A stretch of DNA of 64,000 bases from the NCBI GenBank assembly GCA_963758295.1, contig CAVWUU010000001.1, forward strand, positions 128,001-192,000. Reading direction: 5' to 3'. Position 1 is the stretch's first letter, and the number at the start of each line of letters is the position of its first letter. The DNA is from Candidatus Eremiobacteria bacterium. GTDB taxonomy: Bacteria; Vulcanimicrobiota; Vulcanimicrobiia; Vulcanimicrobiales; Vulcanimicrobiaceae. Below, piece by piece: positions 19,845 through 28,189 of this stretch. A model generated the notes under the pieces. The model was not told the DNA's origin, ran no database searches, and saw nothing but the letters and a program-made list of their open reading frames with translations. The translations under genes and the position numbers were made by a program.

Positions 19845-20611
19845 GCCGCATCATCGCTCTCGTCAATCAAAAAGGCGGCGTCGGGAAAAGCACGACGGCC
19901 GTAAATCTGGGCGCTGCGCTGGCGGTGCACGGCAGTCGCGTGCTGGTCGTCGACTGCGACCCGCAGGGCAACACGACCACCGGATTTGGCATCGATAAAG
20001 CGCAGTTGCATCGCGACATCTACGACGTTCTAATGCAAGAAGCGAAGATCGACGACGTCATCGTTGCAACGGAAATCGAAAAGCTGTCCCTCGTGCCGGC
20101 AACTATCAACCTTGCGGGCGCGGAAATCGAGCTCGTTTCCGGGCTTTCGCGCGAAACGCGTTTACGGCAAGCAGTTCGTGCGATTGCCGGTCGCTACGAT
20201 TTCGTGTTGATCGACTGTCCGCCGTCGCTCGGGTTGTTGACGATCAACGCGCTCACTGCCGCCGAAGAAATCATCATTCCGGTGCAGGCCGAGTACTACG
20301 CGCTCGAAGGCTTGTCGCAATTGACGTCGGTGGTGCATCGCGTTCGCGAAGCACTTAACCCGGAGCTGCACGTTAGCGGAGTGCTTGTCACGATGTTCGA
20401 CGGACGCACGCGCTTGGCACTGGAAGTGCTCGACGAACTCGAAAAATTTTTTCCCGAGCAAATGTTCAAAACGCAAATTCCGCGCAACATCCGTTTATCG
20501 GAAGCGCCCTCGTACGGAAAGCCCGTTATTTTGTTCGACGTCAAAAGCCGCGGCGCACAAGCCTATCTGTCACTGGCCAAGGAAGTGGCCGACGCCGGAG
20601 TGCACGTATGA
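19841..20611 (+). CDS. parA: Chromosome partitioning ATPase ParA/Soj
   Basis: NQKGGVGKSTT, DCDPQGN, IDCPPSLGLLT, IPRNIRLSEAPSYG. Confidence 0.97.
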   Translation: MSRIIALVNQKGGVGKSTTAVNLGAALAVHGSRVLVVDCDPQGNTTTGFGIDKAQLHRDIYDVLMQEAKIDDVIVATEIEKLSLVPATINLAGAEIELVSGLSRETRLRQAVRAIAGRYDFVLIDCPPSLGLLTINALTAAEEIIIPVQAEYYALEGLSQLTSVVHRVREALNPELHVSGVLVTMFDGRTRLALEVLDELEKFFPEQMFKTQIPRNIRLSEAPSYGKPVILFDVKSRGAQAYLSLAKEVADAGVHV

Positions 20612-21474
20612 GCCAACCGCCTAAACGGGGACTCGGTAAAGGCTTGGGCGCGCTGCTCGGCAATGCGCCGGTTCCAACGTCGCCGGCCGGGCGCGAAACG
20701 CTGCGCGACATCCCGGTGCAAAACATTACGCCGAATCCGTTTCAGCCGCGCAAAACCTTCGACTCCGGCACGCTCGAGGAACTAAAGTTGTCGATCTCCG
20801 AGTACGGCGTGCTTGTTCCGGTAATTGTGCGCAAGCGCGGCGAGCGCTTCGAGCTGATTGCGGGCGAGCGCCGCTGGCGCGCGTGCGCGGCCTTGCAAAA
20901 AGAGACGATTCCCGCGATCGTTCGCGAGTCCGACGACCGGGATTCACTGGAAGTCGCGATTATCGAAAACTTGCAGCGAGAGAACCTCAATCCGCTGGAA
21001 GAAGCTGAAGGCGTTCGGCACCTCATAGACGAGTACGCGTTGACGCAAGAAGAAGTCGCGTTACGCCTAGGAAAAAGCCGTCCGGCGGTCGCCAACGCGC
21101 TGCGGTTGTTGACGCTGCCCGATGCGTTGAAAACGATGCTTGTCGACGGGCGTTTGTCGGCTGGTCACGCGCGAGCGCTGCTCGGCGCACCTTCCGAAAC
21201 ACGCGCCGCATTGGCGCAGCGCGTCGTGGACGAAGGCCTTTCCGTTCGGGCGCTCGAGCGGCTTATCGGCGAAAAAAGTGCGCCACCGCCCGTGAAAGTG
21301 CCGCGGTTGCGCGAGCTTCTTCCCGAGGAACACGAATTTGAAGCGCGTTTGCGGGAACGATTCAGCGCGCATATTGCGTTAGTGCGCAACGGAAAAGGCG
21401 GACGGATCGAAATTCGCTTCAACAACGAAACCGACTTGATTCGACTGGGCGAGCTCCTATTGGGCGAGGGCTGA
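20608..21474 (+). CDS. parB: Chromosome partitioning protein ParB/Spo0J
   Basis: GLGKGLGAL, PNPFQPRK, LIAGERRWRA, IENLQRENLNP, GKSRPAVANALRLL. Confidence 0.97.
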   Translation: MSQPPKRGLGKGLGALLGNAPVPTSPAGRETLRDIPVQNITPNPFQPRKTFDSGTLEELKLSISEYGVLVPVIVRKRGERFELIAGERRWRACAALQKETIPAIVRESDDRDSLEVAIIENLQRENLNPLEEAEGVRHLIDEYALTQEEVALRLGKSRPAVANALRLLTLPDALKTMLVDGRLSAGHARALLGAPSETRAALAQRVVDEGLSVRALERLIGEKSAPPPVKVPRLRELLPEEHEFEARLRERFSAHIALVRNGKGGRIEIRFNNETDLIRLGELLLGEG

Positions 21475-21656
21475 TGTTCGTTCCATTCACGCGCATCATC
21501 ACCGTGCTGATGTTTGCAGTGCTGTGTTTCGTCTTGATCGTGCCGATGGCGCTGCAGCGCGGAAATACACTGCTTGCGGTAGGCATCTCCATCGTCTTCG
21601 TACTCTATCTGGTCGCAAACGTGGTTTTATGGCGGCGGATGCGGCCTCGCCGCTGA
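21474..21656 (+). CDS. Small two-TM hypothetical protein
   Basis: TGATG coupling to the parB stop; two hydrophobic helices and a basic tail. Confidence 0.6.
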   Translation: MFVPFTRIITVLMFAVLCFVLIVPMALQRGNTLLAVGISIVFVLYLVANVVLWRRMRPRR

Positions 21657-22288
21657 CTCGCGCGCAGCGCGCGGAACGGCTCCATGGCATTTATGCCATC
21701 GTCAATGAAGGCGAAGGTAACGCGATCGCGATCGCTCGCGAGGCCATCCGCGCCGGCGTCCGAGTCGTGCAATATCGCGCAAAACGAGGGATCGTCGGCG
21801 AAAATCTTCGGGCGTTACGTGACGCCGCGCGCGATGCGGACGCGTTGTTGATCGTGAACGACGATTGGCGCGCCGCCGTCGAATTCGATTGCGACGGCGT
21901 TCATCTCGGACCCGATGACGCGGGCTTCATCGATATCGCGCCGGTGCGCGCGGCTCTCGGCGAACGGCTCATCGGGCTTTCTTGCGGCACGACCGCCGAA
22001 GCGGAGGCGGCGCAGCGTATGGGCGCCGACTACATGGGCGTCGGATCGGTCTACGCAACGACGTCTAAGGGCGACGCCGGGGATCCGATCGGCATCGCGG
22101 GCTTGCGGCGCGTTGCCGCCGCAGCCGCCGTGCCGGTCGCGGCAATCGGCGGCATCGACGCGCTCCGGCTGGAAGCGGTTCGCGAAACAGGGGTCGCCAT
22201 GGCCGCGGTTATCTCGGCCATTGCGGACGGCGGCCTGCCCTTCGAGGCCGCGCAAGACTTAGTACGCCGGTGGAGCACCGGGGCGTGA
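21629..22288 (+). CDS. thiE: Thiamine-phosphate synthase
   Basis: VVQYRAK, LIVNDD, DGVHLG, ADYMGVGSVYATTSK, AIGGI; start approximate. Confidence 0.92.
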   Translation: MAADAASPLTRAQRAERLHGIYAIVNEGEGNAIAIAREAIRAGVRVVQYRAKRGIVGENLRALRDAARDADALLIVNDDWRAAVEFDCDGVHLGPDDAGFIDIAPVRAALGERLIGLSCGTTAEAEAAQRMGADYMGVGSVYATTSKGDAGDPIGIAGLRRVAAAAAVPVAAIGGIDALRLEAVRETGVAMAAVISAIADGGLPFEAAQDLVRRWSTGA

Positions 22289-23055
22289 ACGGCGCGCCCG
22301 GACGGCTTGTCGTCTCGATTGGGACGACGCATCCATGGAACGTAGCGGGCACCGGCCTCGACCTGCATGTCGGCGCCGAACTAGGGATCCGCGTCGTGAC
22401 GGCCGTTGCGGCGGTTAGTGCTCAGGACGCCGGCGGGATCCGCGGGGTCGAACCCGTTTCCGATAAACTTTTTGAGGCGCAACTAAAGGCCGTCCCGTGG
22501 AGTGACGCGGGTGCCGTTCGGGTCGGAGCGCTCCCGTCGGCGTCGGCGGTGGACGCCGTGACTCGGGCGTTGCGCCAGATCCCGGAAGTTCTCGCCGTCG
22601 TCGATCCCGTGCTTAGCGCCACACGTGGCGGCCGTTTCGCCGACGAGGCGACGGCTGCATCGATCGGCGAGCATCTTGCCGCGCAGCCGAACGTCGTCCT
22701 CACTCCCAACGTCAACGAGGCCTCGGAGCTGCTCGGCAAGCCGGTGACGCGTGAAACGCTCGTGGAGTCGGCAATTGCGCTGTTCGAGCGCGGCGCGTAC
22801 GCGGTGCTGCTCAAAGGCGGACATCTGCAAGGCGCTCCCGAGGACGTGCTCGCGAGCGACGTAGGCGTAATGACCTTTAGCGAAGAGCGGCTGCCGCACG
22901 GGATGCGCGGCACCGGTTGCGTGCTCGCAATGGCGCTGGCATGCAACATCGCGTCCGGCTCCCCGTTGATCGAAGCGGTCGCATCGGCGCGACGGTTCGT
23001 GCGCGGAAAAATTGCGAACGCGAAACTGTTTCACGATTTGCGCGTTGCGTATTGA
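22285..23055 (+). CDS. thiD: Hydroxymethylpyrimidine/phosphomethylpyrimidine kinase (divergent)
   Basis: VVDPV, LTPNVNEA, VLLKGGH, RGTGCVLA; follows thiE. Confidence 0.85.
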   Translation: MNGAPGRLVVSIGTTHPWNVAGTGLDLHVGAELGIRVVTAVAAVSAQDAGGIRGVEPVSDKLFEAQLKAVPWSDAGAVRVGALPSASAVDAVTRALRQIPEVLAVVDPVLSATRGGRFADEATAASIGEHLAAQPNVVLTPNVNEASELLGKPVTRETLVESAIALFERGAYAVLLKGGHLQGAPEDVLASDVGVMTFSEERLPHGMRGTGCVLAMALACNIASGSPLIEAVASARRFVRGKIANAKLFHDLRVAY

Positions 23056-23081
23056 CGGTGCAACCGGGGGACTGTTACCAT
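23052..23081 (+). promoter_or_regulatory. Sigma70-type promoter for the trpS leader
   Basis: TTGACG-18bp-TACCAT with an extended TGn. Confidence 0.55.
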
Positions 23082-23091
23082 GCGACCTACG

Positions 23092-23133
23092 ATGTTCGAT
23101 GCGCGCGCATGGTGGCGCCCCGTTACCGATTGA
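23092..23133 (+). CDS. Trp leader peptide (MFDARAWWRPVTD)
   Basis: Tandem TGG TGG at 23110-23115 directly upstream of alternative hairpins and trpS; an in-frame ATG also lies at 23080. Confidence 0.75.
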   Translation: MFDARAWWRPVTD

Positions 23134-23169
23134 ATTCAACCGGCGGGCCGCGCTTTGCGAAGCTCTTGG

Positions 23170-23202
23170 AAAAAAGCCGCCGGAATACCAGGCGGCTTTT
23201 TT
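23170..23202 (+). terminator. Attenuator terminator upstream of trpS
   Basis: AAAAAAGCCGCC-ggaatacca-GGCGGCTTTTTT; CCGGCGG at 23140-23146 can pair with the 5' arm. Confidence 0.8.
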
Positions 23203-23228
23203 GTTTCCATTCACCAACAGAGAGTGAG

Positions 23229-24236
23229 ATGACGACCGTAGCGACTTCAGCGAAACCACGCGTAATGTCGGGAATGCGCCCGACGGGAGGCCTGCATTTG
23301 GGCCATCTCGTGGGCGTGCTTGCGCAGTGGGCAAACTATTGCGAAACGGCGGATTCGTATTTCGAAATCGCGGATTTGCACGCGTACACGACCGGTTACG
23401 AAGATCCGCAGGTAATTCGCGACGCACGCAACGAGATGGTTGCGGTCTGGCTTGCCTCGGGCGTCGACCCGAAGAAATCCACGATTTTCTTGCAATCCGC
23501 GGTCCCGGAGATTGCCGAGTTGCATACGTTGCTCTCCATGGTTACGCCGGTCTCGTGGCTCGAACGCGTTCCGACGTATAAAGGGCAAATCGATGCGCTC
23601 GGCCAGCAGATCGCGACGTACGGGTTTCTCGGCTATCCGCTGCTGCAGTTGTGCGACATCGCCATCGTGCGCGGCGAACGCGTGCCGGTCGGCCGCGATC
23701 AGATCGCGCATTTAGAGTTCGCAAGAGAAGTGGTGCGCCGCTTCAACTTTCTCTACGGAAATGGCGAAGAAGTGCTCCTCGAGCCGCAACCGACGCTCAC
23801 CGAATTTGCGGAAGTTCCGGGTACCGACGGCCGGAAAATGTCGAAGTCCTACGACAACGCCATTCTCATTGCGGACGATGAAGAGACGACGACGAAAAAA
23901 GTGCGTTCTATGATCACCGATCCGCAAAAGGTGCGGCGCGGCGATCCCGGCCGGCCCGAGGTGTGCCCGGTGTTCGCACTGTGGAAATTCGTCAATCCGC
24001 TCAAGCTTGATGCGATTGCGGAAGGTTGCCGCTCGGGCGCCCTTGGATGCGTTGCGGATAAGTCCGATTTTGCGGAACAGCTAAACGCCTATCTTCGCCC
24101 GGTGCGCGAGCGCTTGGCGGTCTACCGGCAAGACCCGGGTGAAGTCGAGCGCATCATTGCCGACGGCACGGCCCGGACGCGTGGGATTGCAAGCGCGGTC
24201 GTCACAGACGTCAAACGCGCGATGAAGCTGTTGTAA
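23229..24236 (+). CDS. trpS: Tryptophan--tRNA ligase
   Basis: SGMRPTGGLHLGH, GYPLLQLCDI, VPVGRDQ, KMSKS. Confidence 0.96.
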   Translation: MTTVATSAKPRVMSGMRPTGGLHLGHLVGVLAQWANYCETADSYFEIADLHAYTTGYEDPQVIRDARNEMVAVWLASGVDPKKSTIFLQSAVPEIAELHTLLSMVTPVSWLERVPTYKGQIDALGQQIATYGFLGYPLLQLCDIAIVRGERVPVGRDQIAHLEFAREVVRRFNFLYGNGEEVLLEPQPTLTEFAEVPGTDGRKMSKSYDNAILIADDEETTTKKVRSMITDPQKVRRGDPGRPEVCPVFALWKFVNPLKLDAIAEGCRSGALGCVADKSDFAEQLNAYLRPVRERLAVYRQDPGEVERIIADGTARTRGIASAVVTDVKRAMKLL

Positions 24237-24242
24237 GACAAG

Positions 24243-24268
24243 AAGAGCCACCGCGAAACGGTGGCTCT
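24243..24268. terminator. Hairpin between convergent genes
   Basis: AGAGCCACCG-cgaaa-CGGTGGCTCT. Confidence 0.6.
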
Positions 24269-24292
24269 CGCTCGATCTGGACGAGGGCGCCT

Positions 24293-25453
24293 TTACTTGA
24301 TGACGTGCCAGTCGGTCATTACGTATTGCGCGCCGCTCGGCGTAACGGTCAGCGTGCCATCCCCGAATGCGTCAACGTTGAACGTGGCGATTTGCGCGCC
24401 GCCGTTTGAAACGATCCCCGTCACAAACTGATCGCTCGTGGGCGAAACGCTCGAGTTCGTCGAGACGTTTAGGGTGTTGCCGTTTGCAAGCGTTGCGTTC
24501 GTCACGGTGAGATTCGTCAGAACGCCGCGGTTGAACGTCGTCGTGACGGGAATCGAGTACTGGCCGCGTCCCGTGCCGCCGTCGAGCGCGAACTCCGGCG
24601 CCGCGATCGGACAGACCGTATTCGCGTTTGCAATCCCGACCGACAGCGAGCCGATGGCGCCTTTGAAGGCGGAGCCGGTATGCGTGGCCGTCCACGTGAC
24701 CGATCCGTCGGCGTTAATGGTGCGCGTTCCACCGGTCGCTACGGCGCTCTGCCAGCCGAAGGTTTCACCCAGGCGTTGGATGCCGGTTGCGTTGTAGCCT
24801 GCGGCGTCACCGCAAAAGGTACTGGTGTTTCCGGCAGCCGGCATCACGACGAGTTCGTCGTCGTCCACGGCCGTTTTTGCGCCCGCGAGATCGAGGTTCG
24901 ACTGCGATTGGCGATTGAATCCGTCCGCCACGACCGGATAGCCGTACTGCGTGAACGTGGCGTTCCCGAACGTTACCGCGGAGGTTCGCGTTGCGCTGGG
25001 CGTATTGTTGTTCACCGCATAAAGTTTTTCGGTGCGATTGACGGTTTCGGCGTTACCGTTGATGGTATAGATACGCACGACGTCGCGCGCCAGCTGCGTG
25101 CACGCGGCGTCGTAGAAATATTGCGTTTCGGTCGAGCTCGCGTCGGCGTTCTTGTCGGGCGCGAAGAACTCCACGCTGCCGGTACACGTTCCGCTCGTGT
25201 CTCGCTCGTAAGAACCGTTCTTAGAAGCCAGACTCGGCGCGATCGTATTGTTGTAATTCGAGAGCGTTTTTACCGGGTCGCCCAGCGAATTCGCGGTGTC
25301 GATCGCGTTCTCCGATTGCTGCTGTGGGCTTAGCGTTGTGCCGCCGCCCGGATTGACCGGCGGACTCGTTGCGACCCCGGCGCCGGAGCCTCCGCCGCAG
25401 GCAGTAAGCGTAGCGGCCAGCGCGAGTGTCGCATAAAGAACTTTCGAGTGCAT
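24293..25453 (-). CDS. Hypothetical lipoprotein, Thr/Gly/Asn-rich beta protein
   Basis: MHSKVLYATLALAATLTA-C lipobox; GAGGA RBS. Confidence 0.8.
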   Translation of the reverse strand: MHSKVLYATLALAATLTACGGGSGAGVATSPPVNPGGGTTLSPQQQSENAIDTANSLGDPVKTLSNYNNTIAPSLASKNGSYERDTSGTCTGSVEFFAPDKNADASSTETQYFYDAACTQLARDVVRIYTINGNAETVNRTEKLYAVNNNTPSATRTSAVTFGNATFTQYGYPVVADGFNRQSQSNLDLAGAKTAVDDDELVVMPAAGNTSTFCGDAAGYNATGIQRLGETFGWQSAVATGGTRTINADGSVTWTATHTGSAFKGAIGSLSVGIANANTVCPIAAPEFALDGGTGRGQYSIPVTTTFNRGVLTNLTVTNATLANGNTLNVSTNSSVSPTSDQFVTGIVSNGGAQIATFNVDAFGDGTLTVTPSGAQYVMTDWHVIK

Positions 25454-25610
25454 TCCGTTGTCCTCTGAATCGAATGAGTGCGTTTGCTCCCTGAGCATAG
25501 GAGCAGGCACGTCGCGAAACATTAGCGCTTGCTGAAGCCGGCGCCAATTTTACGCGCCTCTCATTTTGATGCGGCGATAAATGAAAGCGGGCTTAGGGCC
25601 GCTCCGGTTC

Positions 25611-25639
25611 TGGACGGTTTTGGACAAAACGTCTATAAT
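25611..25639 (+). promoter_or_regulatory. TA operon promoter with a palindromic operator in the spacer
   Basis: TGGACG-17bp-TATAAT; GAC(G)GTTTTG-ga-CAAAACGTC inverted repeat; ATG 6 nt after the -10. Confidence 0.7.
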
Positions 25640-25645
25640 GAGAAT

Positions 25646-26062
25646 ATGGCGCAAACGGCGGTTCTTGGAATCGAAGAAGCCTCGGCGATCCTGCGGAGTA
25701 GTGATCGCGCTTCGCGCCCGGCGTTGAACGCGTTCACCGCGATTGCCGATGAGTGGGATCTCACACCCAGGCAGCGCCAGAACATTCTGGGGCTCGCGCC
25801 GTCAACGTACTACGCGTATCTCAAGCGTCCTGAAAGCGCGCGGCTCTCGCCCGACACTTTGGAACGCATTTCGTACGTCCTCGGCATCTTCAAAGCGCTA
25901 CGGATCCTCTTGCCGAGGCGCGACGCGCGCATCGCCTGGCTGCACAATTCGAACGCCGATCCCGAATTTGCCGCGGCATCGCCCCTTGCGATCCTGACAG
26001 CCGGCAAAGTAGCAAATCTTTACCGCGTGCGGCGATATTTGGACGGCCAGCGCGGGTGGTAA
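25646..26062 (+). CDS. Xre/MbcA/ParS-type antitoxin
   Basis: IADEWDL...LSPDTLERISYVLGIFKALRIL...W...N...F....PL...VRRYLDGQRG. Confidence 0.9.
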   Translation: MAQTAVLGIEEASAILRSSDRASRPALNAFTAIADEWDLTPRQRQNILGLAPSTYYAYLKRPESARLSPDTLERISYVLGIFKALRILLPRRDARIAWLHNSNADPEFAAASPLAILTAGKVANLYRVRRYLDGQRGW

Positions 26063-26742
26063 CCCGCCTGACGTGGCGGACGGCATATCGCATTATTCCA
26101 TCGCTCTATCCCGTAGCCGGCATCTTCGACGACGTAACGAATCCAGCCGACCTCCAAGTGATCCTCGAGCTCGAAGCCGCGACGAACCCGCGCGTCCTCG
26201 ATGAAGCGGGAGAACTGGCAATGGTGCGGCCCGAGGATCGCATCGCCGGCGTGGGCGCGACGCCGGTAATGGCGGCGTTTACGCACACGATGGCAAGCCG
26301 CTTTTCCGACGGCACCTATGGCGTTTTCTACGCGGCGCACGATGAGCCGACGGCAATAGCGGAGACGGCGTATCATCGCGCGCGTTTCTTGCGCAACGCC
26401 GGACTGCGCAGCGAGATCGTTCAGATGCGCGTGTATCGCGCAAGCATCGATGGAACCTTCAACGACGTTCGCGGCAAATCGACGCGCGCCGCGATCTACG
26501 CGCCGAATTCCTACGAGGCGTCGCAGCGCTACGCGCGCCCGCTCTATCTGAAGAATGCCGTAGACGGCATCGTGTATCGCAGTGTTCGCCGGAGGGAGGG
26601 CGAGTGCGTTGCCGTTTTTCGGCCGCGTCGTGTGCGGTCATGTAACGTTTTGCGGCACTTAGAGTACCGTTTCGAAGACTTTGAATTAACCGCCGTGCTC
26701 GCCGTCGACGACGTCACGAACGAAAATAGAACGAACCGGTAA
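26056..26742 (+). CDS. RES-domain toxin (NAD+ phosphorylase family)
   Basis: SRFSDGTYGVFYAA...TAIAET.YH...Y..SQ...GIVYRSVR; overlaps the antitoxin stop. Confidence 0.92.
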   Translation: MVTRLTWRTAYRIIPSLYPVAGIFDDVTNPADLQVILELEAATNPRVLDEAGELAMVRPEDRIAGVGATPVMAAFTHTMASRFSDGTYGVFYAAHDEPTAIAETAYHRARFLRNAGLRSEIVQMRVYRASIDGTFNDVRGKSTRAAIYAPNSYEASQRYARPLYLKNAVDGIVYRSVRRREGECVAVFRPRRVRSCNVLRHLEYRFEDFELTAVLAVDDVTNENRTNR

Positions 26743-26973
26743 CTGGAGTTTCAAACGACGTAGGTCTTTGTGTGGACCCGCTAGTCTTTTGGTCCCGGTG
26801 CGCTAGGAACTACTTTTTGTTGTAACAATTTGTGCGCATGTTAGCGTGCTACGCTTCTGTTGCACGCGTGTCTTTCTCAGGGTGTTTCGGTTCGAATCAC
26901 TAGGCTGCGTTTGGGACGCAGCTGTGTTTCGTATTGTTCCGTGACGCTGGAATGTTTCTTCATTGGAGGCCTC

Positions 26974-28074
26974 TTGAAACTACACAAATTGCTCGTCGCG
27001 TCGGCCATCGTGGGCAGCATGTCGCTTGCCGCATGCGGTGGCGGCGGCGGGACCGGCGCACCGGGCGCGGTTCCGACAACGAATCCCTCAAAGCCGACGC
27101 AGCAAGCTACGGCAAAGTCGACGCTGACGATGCGCGTCCCGCTGAATTTCTCCGGCGGTAAGAAGGGGCCGTCGCTGCGAAACTCCGGCGCTATCAGACC
27201 GATGTTCGTCGACGGCAACAGCAACGGTACCGTTAACGTCTACTTCGACGGTACGAGCGTTCTGAATTTCTCCTCGAACGGATCGCCGGGCGCTGGCCCG
27301 TCCGGAAGTGCCAATCTCTCAAACGGCGGCTCGTTTACGTGGACGTCGGCCATTAGTCTCGTCGGCAATCAGCCCGTCGCAACGATCACGGCGAATTACG
27401 CGACGGTTCCAGGTTTGCACACGATCGGTGCCGTGCAGCTTGACGGCGCGTGCGTCGGCCCCGATCCGTGCATTCCGAATACGGATGGCTACGTGCTTGC
27501 CGAAGGGCAGACCACGCAGGTTCTGCAATCGGGCAGCAACGGCAACGCCAATCTCTACATGCGCGGCGTGATGGAGTCGGCCTACGTTTGCGATCCGGGC
27601 TGCACCGGTCAGAATCTCAGCGTGGACGGGCAGGGCTACTACGACCTGTATGTCGTCGTTGCGGACGAAAACGGAACGGCAATTACGCATCAGTTCGAAG
27701 ATGATGGAACGACGCCCGTTCCGTTCGACAATGGGAGCTACACGATCGCCGAGCAGAATCCGCAGGGCAACAACGGCACCGGCATTCTGTCGATCGACAA
27801 ACCGGGACCCTTCACGGCGCCTGGAACCGACCGCGCGAGCGGCGGGTATGGCGTCGATATCAAAGTGAAGTGCGTGCACACCGGTACGACGACGCTTGCG
27901 GCGGTACTGGATGCGACCGGCGGAACGCCGGGCGTTCCGGTGGCCGGTTTCACGTACACGGCAAATAACTATCCGTCGGCCAATATGGTGCTCGGATCGG
28001 TTGGTTCCGACATCTATTACGGCAACCAGCTGGCGTTGAATTGCGACGCCTCGGGAACCCTGACCATTCAGTAA
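26974..28074 (+). CDS. Hypothetical lipoprotein, Cys-containing beta protein
   Basis: GGAGG RBS + TTG; LKLHKLLVASAIVGSMSLAA-C lipobox. Confidence 0.78.
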   Translation: MKLHKLLVASAIVGSMSLAACGGGGGTGAPGAVPTTNPSKPTQQATAKSTLTMRVPLNFSGGKKGPSLRNSGAIRPMFVDGNSNGTVNVYFDGTSVLNFSSNGSPGAGPSGSANLSNGGSFTWTSAISLVGNQPVATITANYATVPGLHTIGAVQLDGACVGPDPCIPNTDGYVLAEGQTTQVLQSGSNGNANLYMRGVMESAYVCDPGCTGQNLSVDGQGYYDLYVVVADENGTAITHQFEDDGTTPVPFDNGSYTIAEQNPQGNNGTGILSIDKPGPFTAPGTDRASGGYGVDIKVKCVHTGTTTLAAVLDATGGTPGVPVAGFTYTANNYPSANMVLGSVGSDIYYGNQLALNCDASGTLTIQ

Positions 28075-28097
28075 CCTGGGTCAACGGAATCCTCGAT

Positions 28098-28129
28098 AAA
28101 GCTCCGGCTCGTAACGAGCCGGAGCTTTT
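28098..28129 (+). terminator. Intrinsic terminator
   Basis: AAAGCTCCGGCTCG-taa-CGAGCCGGAGCTTTT. Confidence 0.8.
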
Positions 28130-28189
28130 GCGTGCCATAAGGCCCGCTTGACCCGTGCTGCGCTTCGCGCTACGAAAGAAAACGAAGCC

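Noticed and set aside
23100..23202. T-box riboswitch upstream of trpS (GGTGGCGCC resembles GGTGGNACC)
   Set aside because: The bulge consensus is not matched and there is no room for Stem I after the promoter; the WW uORF explains the sequence better.
22917..23228. 104-aa N-terminal extension of TrpS
   Set aside because: It overlaps thiD, the promoter and the attenuator; the family-like sequence begins at ATG 23229.
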